This document shows, piece after piece, positions 43,690 to 59,425 of a stretch of DNA of 64,000 bases. The notes beneath the pieces were generated by a model, which was not told the origin of the DNA, searched no databases, and saw only the letters and a program-made list of their open reading frames with translations. The number at the start of each line of letters is the position of its first letter. Position 1 is the stretch's first letter. Both the position numbers and the translations under genes were made by a program. Location of the stretch: assembly GCA_964016885.1 (NCBI GenBank), contig OZ024765.1:15438001-15502000 (forward strand), given 5' to 3'. Origin of the DNA: Eledone cirrhosa. Taxonomy: Eukaryota.

Positions 43690-44278
43690 TTTGTATATTT
43701 GTATATGTATGTATTTATATATGTATATTTGTATATGTATGTATATATATATATGTATTGGTATGTATATATGTATATATGTATATATGTATATATAAAT
43801 ATGTATATTTGTATATGTATGTATACATATGTGTATATTAGTATATATATGTATATATATATATATATAAATATATTATATTATATATATATATAGACAT
43901 ATATATATATATATATAATATAATATAATATAATATAATATAATATAATATAATATAATATAATATAATATAATATATATATATTATAGCAGCCGTCTCT
44001 TCCGTTTATAAGACGTTATTAAAATATTATTGAGAAATACAGACATTCCTCTCTGGAATTGCTGACTTTACATTTCTGTGATTATCGATTTTGGACGCCA
44101 TCTTTGATTATTTAACCAGATTTGGGCGAATTTTCTTTTTCTTCTTTCTTTCCCTTATTTCATTTTTATCCTTAAAAAATGTTGAACGAATTTATTGAAC
44201 TCGTTTATTTTCTTTCAGCCATTATATATTCTCCGTTTTTGTTCCTTATATATATATTTATATATATATATATATATA

Positions 44279-44373
<95 letters not shown>

Positions 44374-44503
44374 GATACATATATGTATATATAGATGTAT
44401 ATACATCTATATGTATATATATAGATGTATATACATCTATATGTATATATATGTATATATATATATATATATATATACATATGTATATATATAGATGTAT
44501 ATA

Positions 44504-44579
<76 letters not shown>

Positions 44580-44710
44580 TATATATATATATATACACAC
44601 ATATATATATATATATAGATGTATATACATATATATATATACATATATGTATATACATATATATATATACATATACATATATATACATATATATATATAC
44701 ATATATATAC

Positions 44711-44741
<31 letters not shown>

Positions 44742-44742
44742 A

Positions 44743-44799
<57 letters not shown>

Positions 44800-44809
44800 T
44801 AGTTTTATC

Positions 44810-44980
44810 ATAGATGAGATTCTACAGGACTAGAACTGTTTCATTCTTTAGAAATCAGCATTTCTAAAGAATGAAACAGTTCTAGTCCTGTAGAATCTCA
44901 TCTATATTCAAACCTTTATACTCTGCAATGCATTGAGTACCTTACTTACTGTGGTTACCTCCGATTCAACCCGGAATAAC
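44810..44980 (+). mobile_element. Family B copy with perfect 46-bp inverted arms (44810-44905)
   Basis: HHR 3' half GAAACAG UUCUAGUC CUGUA GAA (4-bp stem III, GUA site). Loop cagc. Confidence 0.75.
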
Positions 44981-45029
44981 GTATATACATATATATATAT
45001 ATGTATATATATATACATATATATGTGTA

Positions 45030-45127
<98 letters not shown>

Positions 45128-45174
45128 GTGTGTATGCATAAATATATATGTATTTACATAGGTATATATATGTA

Positions 45175-45207
<33 letters not shown>

Positions 45208-45436
45208 CAATGTATATACATCTATGCATATATGTTCGTATATATATTTGTGTTCATATATAGCGTGTGTTATGAGTGTGCATGATGCCTATGTATATAC
45301 ATTGCTTTAGATGTTAAATATACAACTTTATATGCATATATATATATATTATATATACATATATATATATATATACATAACTATATTTATGTATGCATGC
45401 ATATTGATGGACATATAACACATTACACACACACAC

Positions 45437-45526
<90 letters not shown>

Positions 45527-45640
45527 ATCTTTATTTATTTATCTATACTGTTATAAATGTATTTATATAGATAGAGTTTGTTTGATAAATAGATAGATAG
45601 ATAGATAGATAGATAAATAGATATATAGATAAATAGATAT

Positions 45641-45723
<83 letters not shown>

Positions 45724-45832
45724 CATAGATAGATAGATAGAGAGAGAGAGAGAACTATATATATATATATGTAGACATAGGGAGATGGGCAAATAAATAT
45801 AGAGTATGATTAATTGATATGGAGAGAGACAA

Positions 45833-45896
<64 letters not shown>

Positions 45897-45967
45897 GTAT
45901 ATGTATATGTATATGTATATATATATATGTATATGTATAAATATATATATATGTATATGTACATACG

Positions 45968-46019
<52 letters not shown>

Positions 46020-46062
46020 ATATATATATATATATATATGTATATGTACAAATATATATATA

Positions 46063-46105
<43 letters not shown>

Positions 46106-46187
46106 GTACATATGTATGTATATATATATAAATATATATATATAAATATATATATACGCTTATATAATATATATATATATATTTATA

Positions 46188-46218
<31 letters not shown>

Positions 46219-46254
46219 ACATATATTTATATATATATATATTTATATAATATA

Positions 46255-46320
<66 letters not shown>

Positions 46321-46456
46321 TATGTATATATATATATTTATATAATATATATATATATATTTATATAATATATATATATATATTTATATAATATATATAT
46401 ATATATTTATATAATATATATATATATTTATATAATATATATATTTATATAATTTA

Positions 46457-46573
<117 letters not shown>

Positions 46574-47039
46574 CGATGAGGCGGCGGAGAGGGAATGTGC
46601 CTGTTGAGTGTGAGGTTGTCGTTTTTCCAAAGTTATTTTCCAAAATTTACAGAGATAACAAAATCAACAACAGTAACAACAACAACAACACCAACAGCAA
46701 CAGTAACAACATCAACAACAGTAACAACAACAAAATCAACAATAGTAACAACAACAACACCAACAGCAACAGTAACAACAACAGCAACAGTAACAACATC
46801 AACAACAGTAACAACAACAACAACACCAACAACAACAGTAACAACAACAACAACACCAACAGCAACAGTAACAACATCAACAACAGTAACAACAACAACA
46901 TCAACAATAGTAACAACAACAACACCAACAGCAACAGTAACAACAACAACAACAACAATAACAACAACAAAATCAACAACAGCAACAGTAACAACAACAC
47001 CAACAACGACCAAACCAACAAAATCATCAACAGCAACAC

Positions 47040-47071
<32 letters not shown>

Positions 47072-47322
47072 GCAACAACCACAATTAAATGAGATTATTT
47101 ACAGACGCACTATAATATCTGATGTATAGATTATTTAATAAGTTCTGCTAGTAATGTTGATGATGATGATGATGATGATGATGGTGATGATGTAAATATT
47201 ATTGGTGTTGATGTTTTTGATGATGATGATGGTGATGATGGAGATGTAAATATTATTGGTGTTGAAGCTTGTGATGATGATGATGATGATGATGGTATAA
47301 ATATTATCGTTGCTCATGTTTG

Positions 47323-47357
<35 letters not shown>

Positions 47358-47949
47358 TAAATATTATTGGTGTTGATGTTGGTGGTGATGATGATGATGA
47401 TGATGTAAATATTCTTGGTGTTGATATTGGTGATGATGATGATGATGATGATGATGATGTAAATATTCTTGGTGTTGATGTTGGTGATGATGATGATGAT
47501 GATGATGATGATGTAAATATTCTTGGTGTTGATGTTGGTGATGATGATGATGACGATGATGTAAATATTATTGGTGGTGAAGCTTGTGATGATGATGATG
47601 GTGATGGTGATGTAAATATTATTGGTGTTGATGCTTGTGATGATGATGATGGTGACGATGTAAATACTATTGGTGTTGATGTTGGTGATGATGATGCCTT
47701 GTAATTACGTTTCTACAGAGTTTCACACATAACAACTGCTACTTTGAGAAATAAAGGCGACACATTTTCTCAATCATTATGGTCGTTCGATCTATAAAGA
47801 TATCTGTGTTTGATATGTCAGATGTACTGCCCTCTGAGTTCAAATCCTGCGGAAACCAGCTTTACCTTTCACAGATTAGAGGTCGATATATCATCAATAT
47901 AGTAACTATGGTGGAATAGGTTTCTGCCATCCACCGCAGTCTAATGATA

Positions 47950-48756
47950 TTTGTTTCTATATTTGGCACAAGGCCAGCAATTACCTCAGTGCATTACTGG
48001 TACTTTATTTTATCAACCCCGTAATACTTGTTTCTACATTTGGCACAAGGCCAGCAATTATCTCAGTGCATTACTGGTACTTTATTTTATCAACCCCGTA
48101 ATACTTGTTTCTACATTTGGCACAAGGCCAGCAATTACCTCAGTGCATTACTGGTACTTTATTTTATCAACCCCGTAATACTTGTTTCTACATTTGGCAC
48201 AAGGCCAGCAATTATCTCAGTGCATTACTGGTACTTTATTTTATCAACCCCGTAATACTTGTTTCTACATTTGGCACAAGGCCAGCAATTATCTCAGTGC
48301 ATTACTGGTACTTTATTTTATCAACCCCGTAATACTTGTTTCTACATTTGGCACAAGGCCAGCAATTATCCCAGTGCATTACTGGTACTTTATTTTATCG
48401 ACCCCGTAATACTTGTTTCTACATTTGGCACAAGGCCAGCAATTATCCCAGTGCATTACTGGTACTTTATTTAATCGACCCCGTAATACTTGTTTCTACA
48501 TTTGGCACAAGGCCAGCAATTATCTCAGTGCATTACCGGTACTTTATTTTATCGACCCCGTAATACTTGTTTCTACATTTGGCACAAGGCCAGCAATTAT
48601 CCCAGTGCATTACTGGTACTTTATTTTATCGACCCCCGTTAGGATGAAGGGCAAAGTTAACTTCGGCAGGATTTCAACTGAGAACGTAAAGGTTCGAAAC
48701 TCTATGCTGCAAAGCATTGTGTCTGATGCTCTACCGATACCGCCAAACCACCGCCC

Positions 48757-48757
<1 letters not shown>
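47950..48757 (-). repeat. SINE with its 3' 77 bp tandemly amplified ~9 times
   Basis: Unit cttgtttctacatttggcacaaggccagcaattatctcagtgcattactggtactttattttatcaaccccgtaata. Head at 48635-48757. Confidence 0.92.
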
Positions 48758-48806
<49 letters not shown>

Positions 48807-48977
48807 TGTTTCTACGTTAGGCACAAGGCCAGCAATTACCCAGTGCATTACTGGTACTTTATTTTATCGACTCCGTAAGGATGAAAGGCAAAGTTAACCT
48901 CGGATAATAATAATAATTGTTTCTACTTTTGGCACAAAGCCAGCAATTAATCAGTGTATTATTGGTAATAATAATAA

Positions 48978-49350
48978 TGACAAGGAAAAAAAATCATGCC
49001 TGATTGTAGATGTAAACCTGCCCATTTGATACGAGAGTGCAAGAAAAGGAGAGGGAAAAAATTAACCTATACCAAGATTTAAAGTGGGACTTAAAAAAGG
49101 AGTTGGAACTGCCATGAAATCAAGGTCGTCCCGATTGTCATAGGGGCGCTAGGTACTATCTCAAAGAGTTTTCAAGGATGGTTAAAGAAGATTAGTCTAG
49201 CCCCGCTTTTTGGAAAACTTCAAATGCATGCTTGCTGGGAACAGCAAGAACCCTCCAATACGTCCTGAATATCTGAGGCTGAAGGTAGCGGCTTGATATT
49301 CATTTCAACAAACTTTCCAGTTAAATAACATCAATGACTGAGACTCAAAG
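48978..49350 (+). mobile_element. R4/Dong-like LINE 3' end flanked by (TAA)n on both sides
   Basis: EIKVVPIVIGALGTISKSFQGWLKKIS. Homologous to 23680-24045. Confidence 0.85.
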
Positions 49351-49490
49351 AATAATAATTGCTTCTACATTTGGTCCAAGACCAGCACTTACCAGTACAT
49401 TACTGGTACTTCATTTTATCGACCCCGTAAGCATGAAATGCAAAGTTAACCTTACTCCGTCATAGTTACAAACATCTCGAAAGTTTCAGC

Positions 49491-49541
<51 letters not shown>

Positions 49542-49558
49542 TTAATGATATTAATAAT

Positions 49559-49872
49559 GTTTTCTTTATTGACCACAAGGGTTTACATAAAGTAGACATC
49601 AAGGACAGTACAGGACAATACAGGACGGTACAAATGGGCATTTCTGCGTGTAAAAAACAGAGGATGTAATAAAATAACAAAGAAAAAAATTACCCAATAG
49701 GGGGGAGATTTCCGAGGGACATTTGTGGAGAAAGCCCATTAAAAGACGACAGTGACCCTGACCACCAGGGCAAGTGCCCTCTCCCAGTTTTCCACCTTTA
49801 ATTTACAGACACATACTCAGAGAAGGCCCATTCATTCGGGCCATACTTGCTTCTCTCACCCATCTTTCAACA
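49559..49872 (-). mobile_element. Tx1-like 3' end in (TAA)n
   Basis: Near-identical to 9253-9570. Confidence 0.75.
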
Positions 49873-50189
49873 TTAATAATATTAATAATAATATTCAATA
49901 GCAGCTTCACCTGATCGTTTTCTATCCCTGACTCTGGCTTATGCTCATACCACTATATATATAAACAATACAAATGAAAATTTAAACAATGAAACATGCA
50001 GGGAAGGTGTGTGTAAGCTAATCCATCTGAGCCGCCATTGAACACACATTTACCTGGTTAATTACACTTACATGGGGGTACTACATCGATTGGAAGATGG
50101 ACGCCCTCAGCAACAGCGACAGCAGCAGTTACAGCAGCAGCAGCAGCAGCACATTATTATTAGTGTTAGGTTCGTGGTGGATTGGTTAG

Positions 50190-50378
50190 GGTGGTGGATT
50201 GGCAGTATCGGTAGAGGGTCGGACGCCATGCTTTGACGCATAGAGTTACGGCCCTTGCCATTCTGAGTTCAAATCCCGCCGAGGTTAACTTTGCCTTTCA
50301 TCCTTACGGGGTTGATAAAAGAAAGTACCAGTAATGCACTGAGATAATTGCTGGCCTTGTGCCAAAAGTAGAAACAAT
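50190..50378 (+). mobile_element. Complete Meta/MESC-like SINE, plus strand
   Basis: TGGCAGTATCGG...GAGTTCAAATCCC...core...gtagaaac. Confidence 0.88.
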
Positions 50379-50547
50379 TATTAGTGTTAGGTTCCAATAG
50401 TGCAATATAGAAGCAGTGAAAAGTACGTACGCTTGTACACGTGTAGATATCTCTCTCTCTCTCCATCTATCTACCTCTCTCTTTTCCTCTCCCTCTCTAT
50501 CTCTCTCTTCCCCCATCCCCCTCTATCCCCCCTCCTCTCTCTCTCTG

Positions 50548-50582
<35 letters not shown>

Positions 50583-50768
50583 GCGCGTATAAGTGTGTGT
50601 GTGTTTGTATGTATATGTGTGTATGTATAAGTGTGTTTGTGTGTATATATATATGTATATATGTGTATGTATGTTTATATGTATATATATATACATATAT
50701 ATACATATAAACATACATACCCATATATATATATATATATATATATGGGGTGGGTGGGTATATATGTG

Positions 50769-50806
<38 letters not shown>

Positions 50807-50931
50807 CGTGTGTGTATATATGTAAATATGTGTGTGTGTGTGTGTGTGTATATATGTAAATATATGTGTGTGTGTGTATATGTAAATATATATATGTGTG
50901 TGTGTGTATATATATATGGGTGTATGTGTGC

Positions 50932-50971
<40 letters not shown>

Positions 50972-51356
50972 GTGAAGATATATTTCTGTAAATATGTATT
51001 CATATGTGTACGTAAATATATAAATATGTCTCTATATATATATGCGTGTATCTATATATATGTGTATATGTGTATGCATGTATGTGTGTAAATGTGTATG
51101 TGTGCTTGTGTGTATATATATACGTCCGGATGTATGTGTATATATATGTGTGTATATGTGTGTGTGTAAGTGTGTATGTGCGCTTGTTTATGTATACACG
51201 TGCGGATGTCTGTGTATATATATGTGTGTATGTATGTGTATGTCTGCTGATGAATGTGTATATATATATGTGTGTGTGTGCACGTATGTGTGCATGTGTG
51301 CGTATACACGTTCGTATGTATATATATATATATGTGTGTGTATACGTGTGTATACG

Positions 51357-51397
<41 letters not shown>

Positions 51398-51609
51398 GTG
51401 CATATACGTATGTACACGTGTACACGTGCTTGTGTATGTATACACGTGCAGATGTATGTGCGTGTGTATGTGTGCTTATGTATATATATATATATTTATA
51501 TATATGTGTGTGTGTGTGTATATGTGTGTGCATATACGTATGTAAACGTCTACACGTGCGTGTGTATGTATACAATGCAGATGTATGTGCGTGTGTATGT
51601 GTGCTTATG

Positions 51610-51640
<31 letters not shown>

Positions 51641-51740
51641 GTGTGTGTGTGTGTATATGTGTGTGCATATACGTATGTAAACGTGTACACGTGCTTGTGT
51701 ATGTATACAATGCAGATGTATGTGCGTGTGTATGTGTGCT

Positions 51741-51771
<31 letters not shown>

Positions 51772-51862
51772 TTATATATATATATACATAAGCACACATA
51801 CACACGCACATACATCTGCACGTGTATACATACACAAGCACGTGTACACGTTTACATATATT

Positions 51863-51898
<36 letters not shown>

Positions 51899-52599
51899 AT
51901 TATGTGTGTGCATATACGTATGTAAACGTGTACACGTTCTTGTGTATGTATACAATGCAGATGTATGTGTATATTTACGCAAACACAGAGAAACTAAACA
52001 CAGAAGCAGGCAAATTAATCCACGGAAGTACATGACATTGCATATGAGTGAAGGAAAGAGACGGCTCGGTATCCGAAAATCATCTTTGGTTAATTCATGT
52101 ATAAGATAGCTATGTATAAAGTAGACAGAATGACAGCTTCAGCATAACAGGATATGAATGATGTAATCGACAGGCTGTTACAGGAAAACTAGCGAACCAA
52201 ATAATGTTTGTACGATATGTAAAAAATATCAAAATATATTTGGTAACATAATGCATATTTAGTGGAACAGGATACTATTGCACAGTTTGCAATTATAGAC
52301 AGTTCGATTAAGAAATCTCAGAATGGAAAACTAGTGCATATAGATTAACACTTTCAGGTTTATTGCCATTCCTTGGCCTTTTTCTAATACATGGGTGGAA
52401 CAAATATGAATTTTTTTGCAAATTCCAAGGACTTAGTTTCTTTCTGCATATGTTACAATGAAAGATAAAGAAAACACCACCATATTCAGGCAACACACAT
52501 GAAAGTCGTTTAGGGCAAGGGTTGCCTCTGCTGAAAGCTTTTTTAAGTAAAGAAACACCTTGCACAGGACCAGTCCCACTTTCTGAAAAACGGTGGTTT

Positions 52600-53090
52600 A
52601 TTCAACATTATTGGCGGCCACCGTGTCACAGGTTTTTCATCGGAGTTTTCCTTCTCATAGAATGAAGTCCTAACAAGATCTTGAGTGTTACTCATTCCGG
52701 TGGGATACACGGGCATTCAGACACCAAATCAAGCATTTCGATGACTTCGCCTATATGTACATACATACAGGTATATATGATGGCTGCCAACTCGTTTTCG
52801 AGTGCGGCCATTACTTTATAGCCATGTAGGAGAACCCCTACCGATGCGCTGAACGAGTGTGACATTTTAGTCCAGCAGCGACTTGAAAACACTACACTTG
52901 TGACAATTATTGACACATAGTGTTGGGCCAATGGTACCATGTGACGACAAGTGCAGAGAGATCTCCAGATATAAAGCAATGCCTGTGCCGTGAAGCTTTT
53001 ATAGTGAGCAAAGTCACTGCACAAAGCCAGTCACACTCTCTTAACCAAGAGTCCCACTCTCTTAGCCTTTGTCAAGGCAGAATCTTGCCT
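52600..53090 (-). mobile_element. Fragments of the RTE derivative (3' end at 52777-53050)
   Basis: Reverse complement matches 19960-20227. 52600-52660 matches 19880-19935. Confidence 0.72.
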
Positions 53091-53325
53091 CAGGTCTTGC
53101 ATCAGGTTGCCTGTGAACCTTCACAATACCGTGGAGACCATAGTTCACTAGTTCATAAGTATATACATACGTACAGGCATACACATATATACATATATAC
53201 GTACATACATACATACATACTTGCGTAGGATGGGACAAACATACATACGTACATACATACATACGTACATGCATAGATACATAAATACATACGTACATGC
53301 ATACGTCTATTTTTTTTTTTTTTTG

Positions 53326-53542
53326 GAGGAACGATCGACTTTCGTCAAATCGGACCGAGGGAACAATGTTTCCGTTGGTCTTTCCAATTGCTAATACTAT
53401 CTATCGGTCGCAACTCCAGTTAGAAGGAGCAACGTGAAATAAAGTGTCTTGCTCAAGGACATAACGCATCGCCTGGTCCAGGAATCGAACTCACAACCTT
53501 ACGATTGCGAATCAAATTCTCTAACCACTCAGCCACACGCCT
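53326..53542 (-). mobile_element. CORE-like tRNA SINE with poly(A) tail
   Basis: Near-identical to 25124-25338. T-run at 53310-53325. Confidence 0.85.
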
Positions 53543-53830
53543 TCACAGCATACGTCTATACCAATATACATACATGATATATTCACGTACATGATGCACG
53601 CACACACACCATTCATATTGTACATATGTATGAATGTATGGTCACATGACTCCTGATAGAATCGTAGGGGTGTCTTATTGACATACGGCGTTCGTTGGGC
53701 CTTCGAATCTCGGCGGAGCGCATCCCTCTCCAGGCCCGAGTAGAGCAGATTTCTTCCAGAGAAAGATAGAGTGAGAGAGAGAAAAACGAGAAAGATATAT
53801 AGTGGAAGAATCAACTCCAATACTAGACTG

Positions 53831-53904
<74 letters not shown>

Positions 53905-53916
53905 TCTCTCTCTCTA

Positions 53917-53961
<45 letters not shown>

Positions 53962-54150
53962 GAACGAGTAGGACCCCGACGGCTGAGCTCAAGCCGTTTC
54001 GACGGCTAATTCAGTCCAGAATTAGACGTCGAGACGGCTTGAGCTCAGCCGTCGGGGTCCTTCTCGTTGCTACTACCCACTCTACTACCCTAAGTATTGA
54101 GTAATTTGGTGCGTTATGGTCCACCTGGTTCCTTACCACATTTCCTCCGT
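53962..54150 (+). mobile_element. Family A copy with fold-back ~53965-54067
   Basis: Minus arm reads GUC GAAACGGCU UGAGCUC AGCCGUC GGGGUC (6-bp stem III, GUC site). Confidence 0.75.
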
Positions 54151-54185
<35 letters not shown>

Positions 54186-54344
54186 GGGGAGAGGAAAAAT
54201 GGACCTCAGTATTAGACTGGTACATTATATATATGGAGAGACTGGGTGAGCGAGAGGAAATGAGATAGAGATATAGTGGAAGAATCGACTCCATTTCTAG
54301 ACTGGTACTCTCTCTCTCTCTCTCTCTCCCACTCTCTCCATCTG

Positions 54345-54387
<43 letters not shown>

Positions 54388-55403
54388 GGAGAGCGGAAGA
54401 ATCGACTCCACTACTAGACTGGTACTCTCTCTCTCCCACTCTCTCCATCCCCCACTCTCTCTCTATATATATATATAGAGAGTGAGAGAGCGAGAGAGAG
54501 GGAGAGAGGAAGAATCGACGCCAGTATTAGACTGGTACATTATATATATGGAGAGACTGGGTGAGAGAGAGGAAATGAGAAAGAGATATAGCGGAAGAAT
54601 CGACTCCATTACTAGACTGGTACTTTGTTTATCGACCTCGAAAAGATGAAAAGCAAGGTTTACCCCGGCGAGTCTTGAACTCAAAGAGCTGAAACGATTA
54701 CCATAAACCATTCTATCCGACCTACTAACGACTCGCTACCTATATTCACGGCCTGTTGAACATATATACATATATACATGCTATATATATATGTGTGTAA
54801 ATATCACACAGCACGTATATGCAACATAATACTTTTCATTTTCCTAAAAATAAATAATAATAATAATAATAATATAGACAATCAAGAGAATTCGCACACT
54901 AGACATCAACAGTGACCATATCTTCTAATTTGCTCAATACCAGAGGAACCAATCAAACATACGAAATAATTATTGACAAGGAAAGATAAACCTGTAAAAA
55001 TAAAAATATTGTGAAGAAGCGGCCATGTTTTTTGTTCTTAAAAAATTATATTTGATCAAATATTTGCCCTAACTTTTACATTTTTCTATATTAATATTTT
55101 GATATAAATAATTAGTTTAAGTCTCACGTCTTTCGGGGCGTGAGATCGTGTGGTGTTGTTAGTTGTTGGTGTTGTAATCTCGCCAATTGCGTTTTATTTT
55201 TTTCATTTCCTACTGTAAATAACTTGGGGGGGCAAATATATTTAATTTAATATAAGCTAAATTGTGAAACATTCCCTCATTTATACATATCTTTCTTTCT
55301 CTCCCTCTTTCTCTTTCATTTTCGTCCCTTTTTCTCCTTTCTGTTTTCCCTTTCTTCCTCTACCTTTCTCTCTTTAACTCCTTTTATCTATGTAAATATA
55401 TGT

Positions 55404-55459
<56 letters not shown>

Positions 55460-55499
55460 ATTTGGTGTGCGTGAGTCTGTATATATATACATATACATA

Positions 55500-55654
<155 letters not shown>

Positions 55655-55822
55655 CTCTATGGTCATTGATTTGCCAGTCACCAGACGGCTGGGTAGGCAA
55701 CTTTGTTGTGTCCTTTCTGGCGCCATACGATCTGAATTCAAATACCATCGCATTAACGCTTGCCGTTTTATCATTCGTGGTCGATAAATAAAGTATCGTT
55801 TTAATACCGTGGTATATTGTTC

Positions 55823-55866
<44 letters not shown>

Positions 55867-55887
55867 ATATCTATCTATCTATCTATC

Positions 55888-56380
55888 AAAAACGAAGGAG
55901 AGGCGGTTTTCCTTTGTGTGATAGCTATGGCGAAAGAGGTTGTATGGTGGACAAGGTTGAAAGGGCTGAGGTCAGACACCTTTCTCTCCGGCCAACAACT
56001 GATTCTTTTTTTCAAATACCACTTTGGAAGAAGAATCTGGATGGAGAGAGAGGTGCTGTACCCCAGCAAGTTTTATGAAAGGTGGGTGAAAGTGGCGAGA
56101 ATGGCCCGAGTGAATGGGCCTTCTCTCTATATCAGCCTGTAGGTTGAGGAAAAGGAGGAGGAGAGGAAAGGAGTACAAGCTCTTCGTACTCCTGGAGATG
56201 AGGGTTGCACATTTTTTTTCGGGGGTCTGTGTTACCCATATAAACTGTCTCCCCCTATTGGGGAAAATCGACTAACTTTTAAATTCCATCTGTGATAACA
56301 TTTTACACGTTTTTATTGTATGTAAACTTCCCCCTTTGTATTTGTCCCCTTCTTTTGTGCCCCTGTGGCTAATAAAGAAA
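55888..56380 (+). mobile_element. Tx1/L1-like LINE 3' end inserted in (TCTA)n
   Basis: ORF 55918-56142 AKEVVWWTRLKGL...ERWVKVARMARVNGPSL*. 3'UTR ends ctgtggctaataaagaaa. (TCTA)n on both sides. Confidence 0.78.
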
Positions 56381-56382
56381 TA

Positions 56383-56447
<65 letters not shown>

Positions 56448-56774
56448 CACACAGTTTCTTTCTCTATCTCTCTAGAAGAAGAAATCCTGTTTGTTGACGC
56501 CATGACACATTAGGTCACGACGACTCTTCTAGAAGATATTACTCTATTATATGACTACACACACACACACACACACACATATATGTGTGTGTGTGTGTGT
56601 CTGTCTGTGTCTGTTTTTGTGTTTGTGTGTATATGTATGTATGTATATGTACACATTGTTTTCCCTATCTATCTATCTATATATATATATATATATATAT
56701 ATAGATATTTATATATATGTAAATATATGTGTGTGTATATATATGTGTGTGAATGTGAGGGAGTTGTGTGGGTT

Positions 56775-56834
<60 letters not shown>

Positions 56835-56889
56835 TGTGTGTGAGTGTGAGTGTACACATGTGCATATGCTTGAGAGGGAGAGAAATGAG

Positions 56890-56944
56890 AGAGAGAGAGT
56901 AGGTAGTTATATATATATAGAGAGTGAGAGAGAGAGAGGGGAGT

Positions 56945-56975
<31 letters not shown>

Positions 56976-57060
56976 CGTAGATATATATATATAGAGAGAG
57001 AGAGAGTGAGAGAGAGAGAGGGGAGTTATATATATATATATATAGAGAGAGAGAGGGGGT

Positions 57061-57098
<38 letters not shown>

Positions 57099-57231
57099 AG
57101 TGAGAGAGAGAGAGGGAAGTTATATATATATATATATAGCGTGAGAGAGAGGGGGGTTATATATATATGTATATATATAGAGAGAGAGATGAGTTATATA
57201 TATAGAGAGAGTGAGAGAGAGAGAGAGGAGT

Positions 57232-57265
<34 letters not shown>

Positions 57266-57313
57266 TAGAGGGGAGTTATATATATATATAGAGAGAGAGA
57301 GATAGAGGGGAGT

Positions 57314-57344
<31 letters not shown>

Positions 57345-57735
57345 GGGAGTTATATATATATAGAGAGAGAGAGAGATAGAGGGGAGTTATATATATATAT
57401 AGAGAGAGAGAGATAGAGGGGAGTTATATATATATATAGAGAGAGAGATAGAGGGGAGTTATATATATATATATATAGAGAGAGATAGGGGAGTTATATA
57501 TATATATATATAGAGAGAGAGAGATAGAGGGGAGTTATATATATATATAGAGAGAGAGAGAGATATAGAGGGGAGTTATATATATATATAGAGAGAGAGA
57601 GATAGAGGGGAGTTATATATATATATAGAGAGAGAGAGAGATATAGAGGGGAGTTATATATATATATAGAGAGAGAGAGATAGAGGGGAGTTATATATAT
57701 ATATAGAGAGAGAGAGAGAGATAGAGAGAGAGGAG
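56890..57735. repeat. Compound minisatellite [GGGGAGT(TA)n(GA)n]
   Basis: Direct inspection. Confidence 0.95.
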
Positions 57736-58029
57736 TGACTGAGAGTAGATAAAGTAGATACTCATGTATTTGTGTTTACGCGTGATGCATGTCAAATTTC
57801 GATTCCACCATTTCAAACTGTTGTAATTATTCCTCTATCAACGATATAATTAAATAATTAATTACATAATTAATTACATAATTAATTTAACATGGCAGAT
57901 ATATGTATATATATATATATGTGTGTGTGTGATGAGTTATTCCCCCTGTGACCTAGAATTAGAATACACTCGTTACCAAAGGATTTTATTTAATCAGCAA
58001 TTATATGAAGGCAAATTCAATTAAGGCTT

Positions 58030-59425
58030 TTAAAACACAGCTTTTGAGCAACACATGGTTTCTTTACGGGTCTATAGGCTAACAGGTCTTATATCTGTGA
58101 TTCTAAAGGGTTTATGCCACCACGCCCCACCTCAACATCTAGAAGACTGTAAAGCCCTCCTTTCATATGGAAATGCTCACTTTCTTTGCACAAGTGTTTC
58201 CCAATCTTTTCTGCCACCATACAGCACCTTAACATCTAAAACATTGCTATAGTCTCCTTTAATAAAGTTTAAACTTTGATAGGTTTCGGCCTACTATACC
58301 CCACCTTAACATTGGAGGTTAACAGCTGACGAGCGTATATTAATGTGTATGACCTGTTCTATTTCATGCATGCTTTATCCTCCTTCCTATCTTCTCTTTC
58401 TCCCGTCCAATCAACTTACATCTAGCCACTGATCTCTGTCCTTCCAGGTAATATTTTACCCAACGTCTCTTCGACGGTATTTTGCTGTTCTAATAGCTTC
58501 CATACGCCGAGTTTTCCCATTTTCTCTGACATTCCTAATACACTCGCATCTCAAAACTCAACTTTCAAGTTAAATTTGTTTATATCTAAAACAGTGCTAT
58601 ACTCCCCTTTAATACAGTGTACACTTTGATAGGTTTCGGCCAGTATTCGCCCAGACCATGTGTAACTTAATAGCACCACCTGGCTAACCCAGGGTTTCCC
58701 AACCTTCTGTGCCACCACGCGCCACCTCAACGTCCACAAGACTGTAATACCCTCTTTCATATGGAAATGCCCACTTCCTTTACACAAGTGTTCCCCACAT
58801 TTTTATGTCACTATACCCCACCTTAACACCTTAAACATTGCTATACTCATTTTTAATATAGTTTAATCCAATGATTCCCAACGTTTTGTAACACCTTGGG
58901 CCACCTCAATATCTAGAAGACTGTAGTCCCCTCCTTTTATATGGAAATGCCCATTTCCTTTACACAAATGATTCCCAACCGTTTGTGGCACCATGCCCCG
59001 CGTCAACATGAAACAAATGATTATGCCCCCTTTTGATATGAAAAAAAGCGATGATAAACTGCAAGGAAAGGAGGTGTAAACAAATTGGGGTATCTGGGGT
59101 ACTTGATGCACGAGAATATTTGCAGAGGAGGAGGTGAGAACGGAGTTTCCCACTGTGATGTGTACCAATGTTGGCGTGTAAATGTAATAAACCAAAACAT
59201 GAAGTTTATACTCAATAAGTCCTTTCTTCAGAACATCTGTTGGGTCAGTATTGATATATCGATCTGGTATATTGAAACCTAACATATGTACTTCAGAAGA
59301 AACTAGTTGGTGATTTCATTAAAATGGTTTCGATTGTACAAAACATTAACGGGCATCAATAAATTATAAATGTTAAAACACAGCTTTTGAGCAACACATG
59401 GTTTCTTTAAGGGTCTATAGGCTTA
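58030..59425. repeat. Degenerate ~200-bp repeats bracketed by a 50-bp direct repeat (58033-58080 / 59375-59423)
   Basis: cacctcaac.tctagaagactgta...atatggaaatgc.cact at ~58128, ~58723 and ~58902. aaaacacagcttttgagcaacacatggtttcttta occurs twice. Confidence 0.7.

Noticed and set aside
52308-52565. 85-aa non-repetitive ORF
   Set aside because: No recognisable motif, no ATG start, and length compatible with chance.
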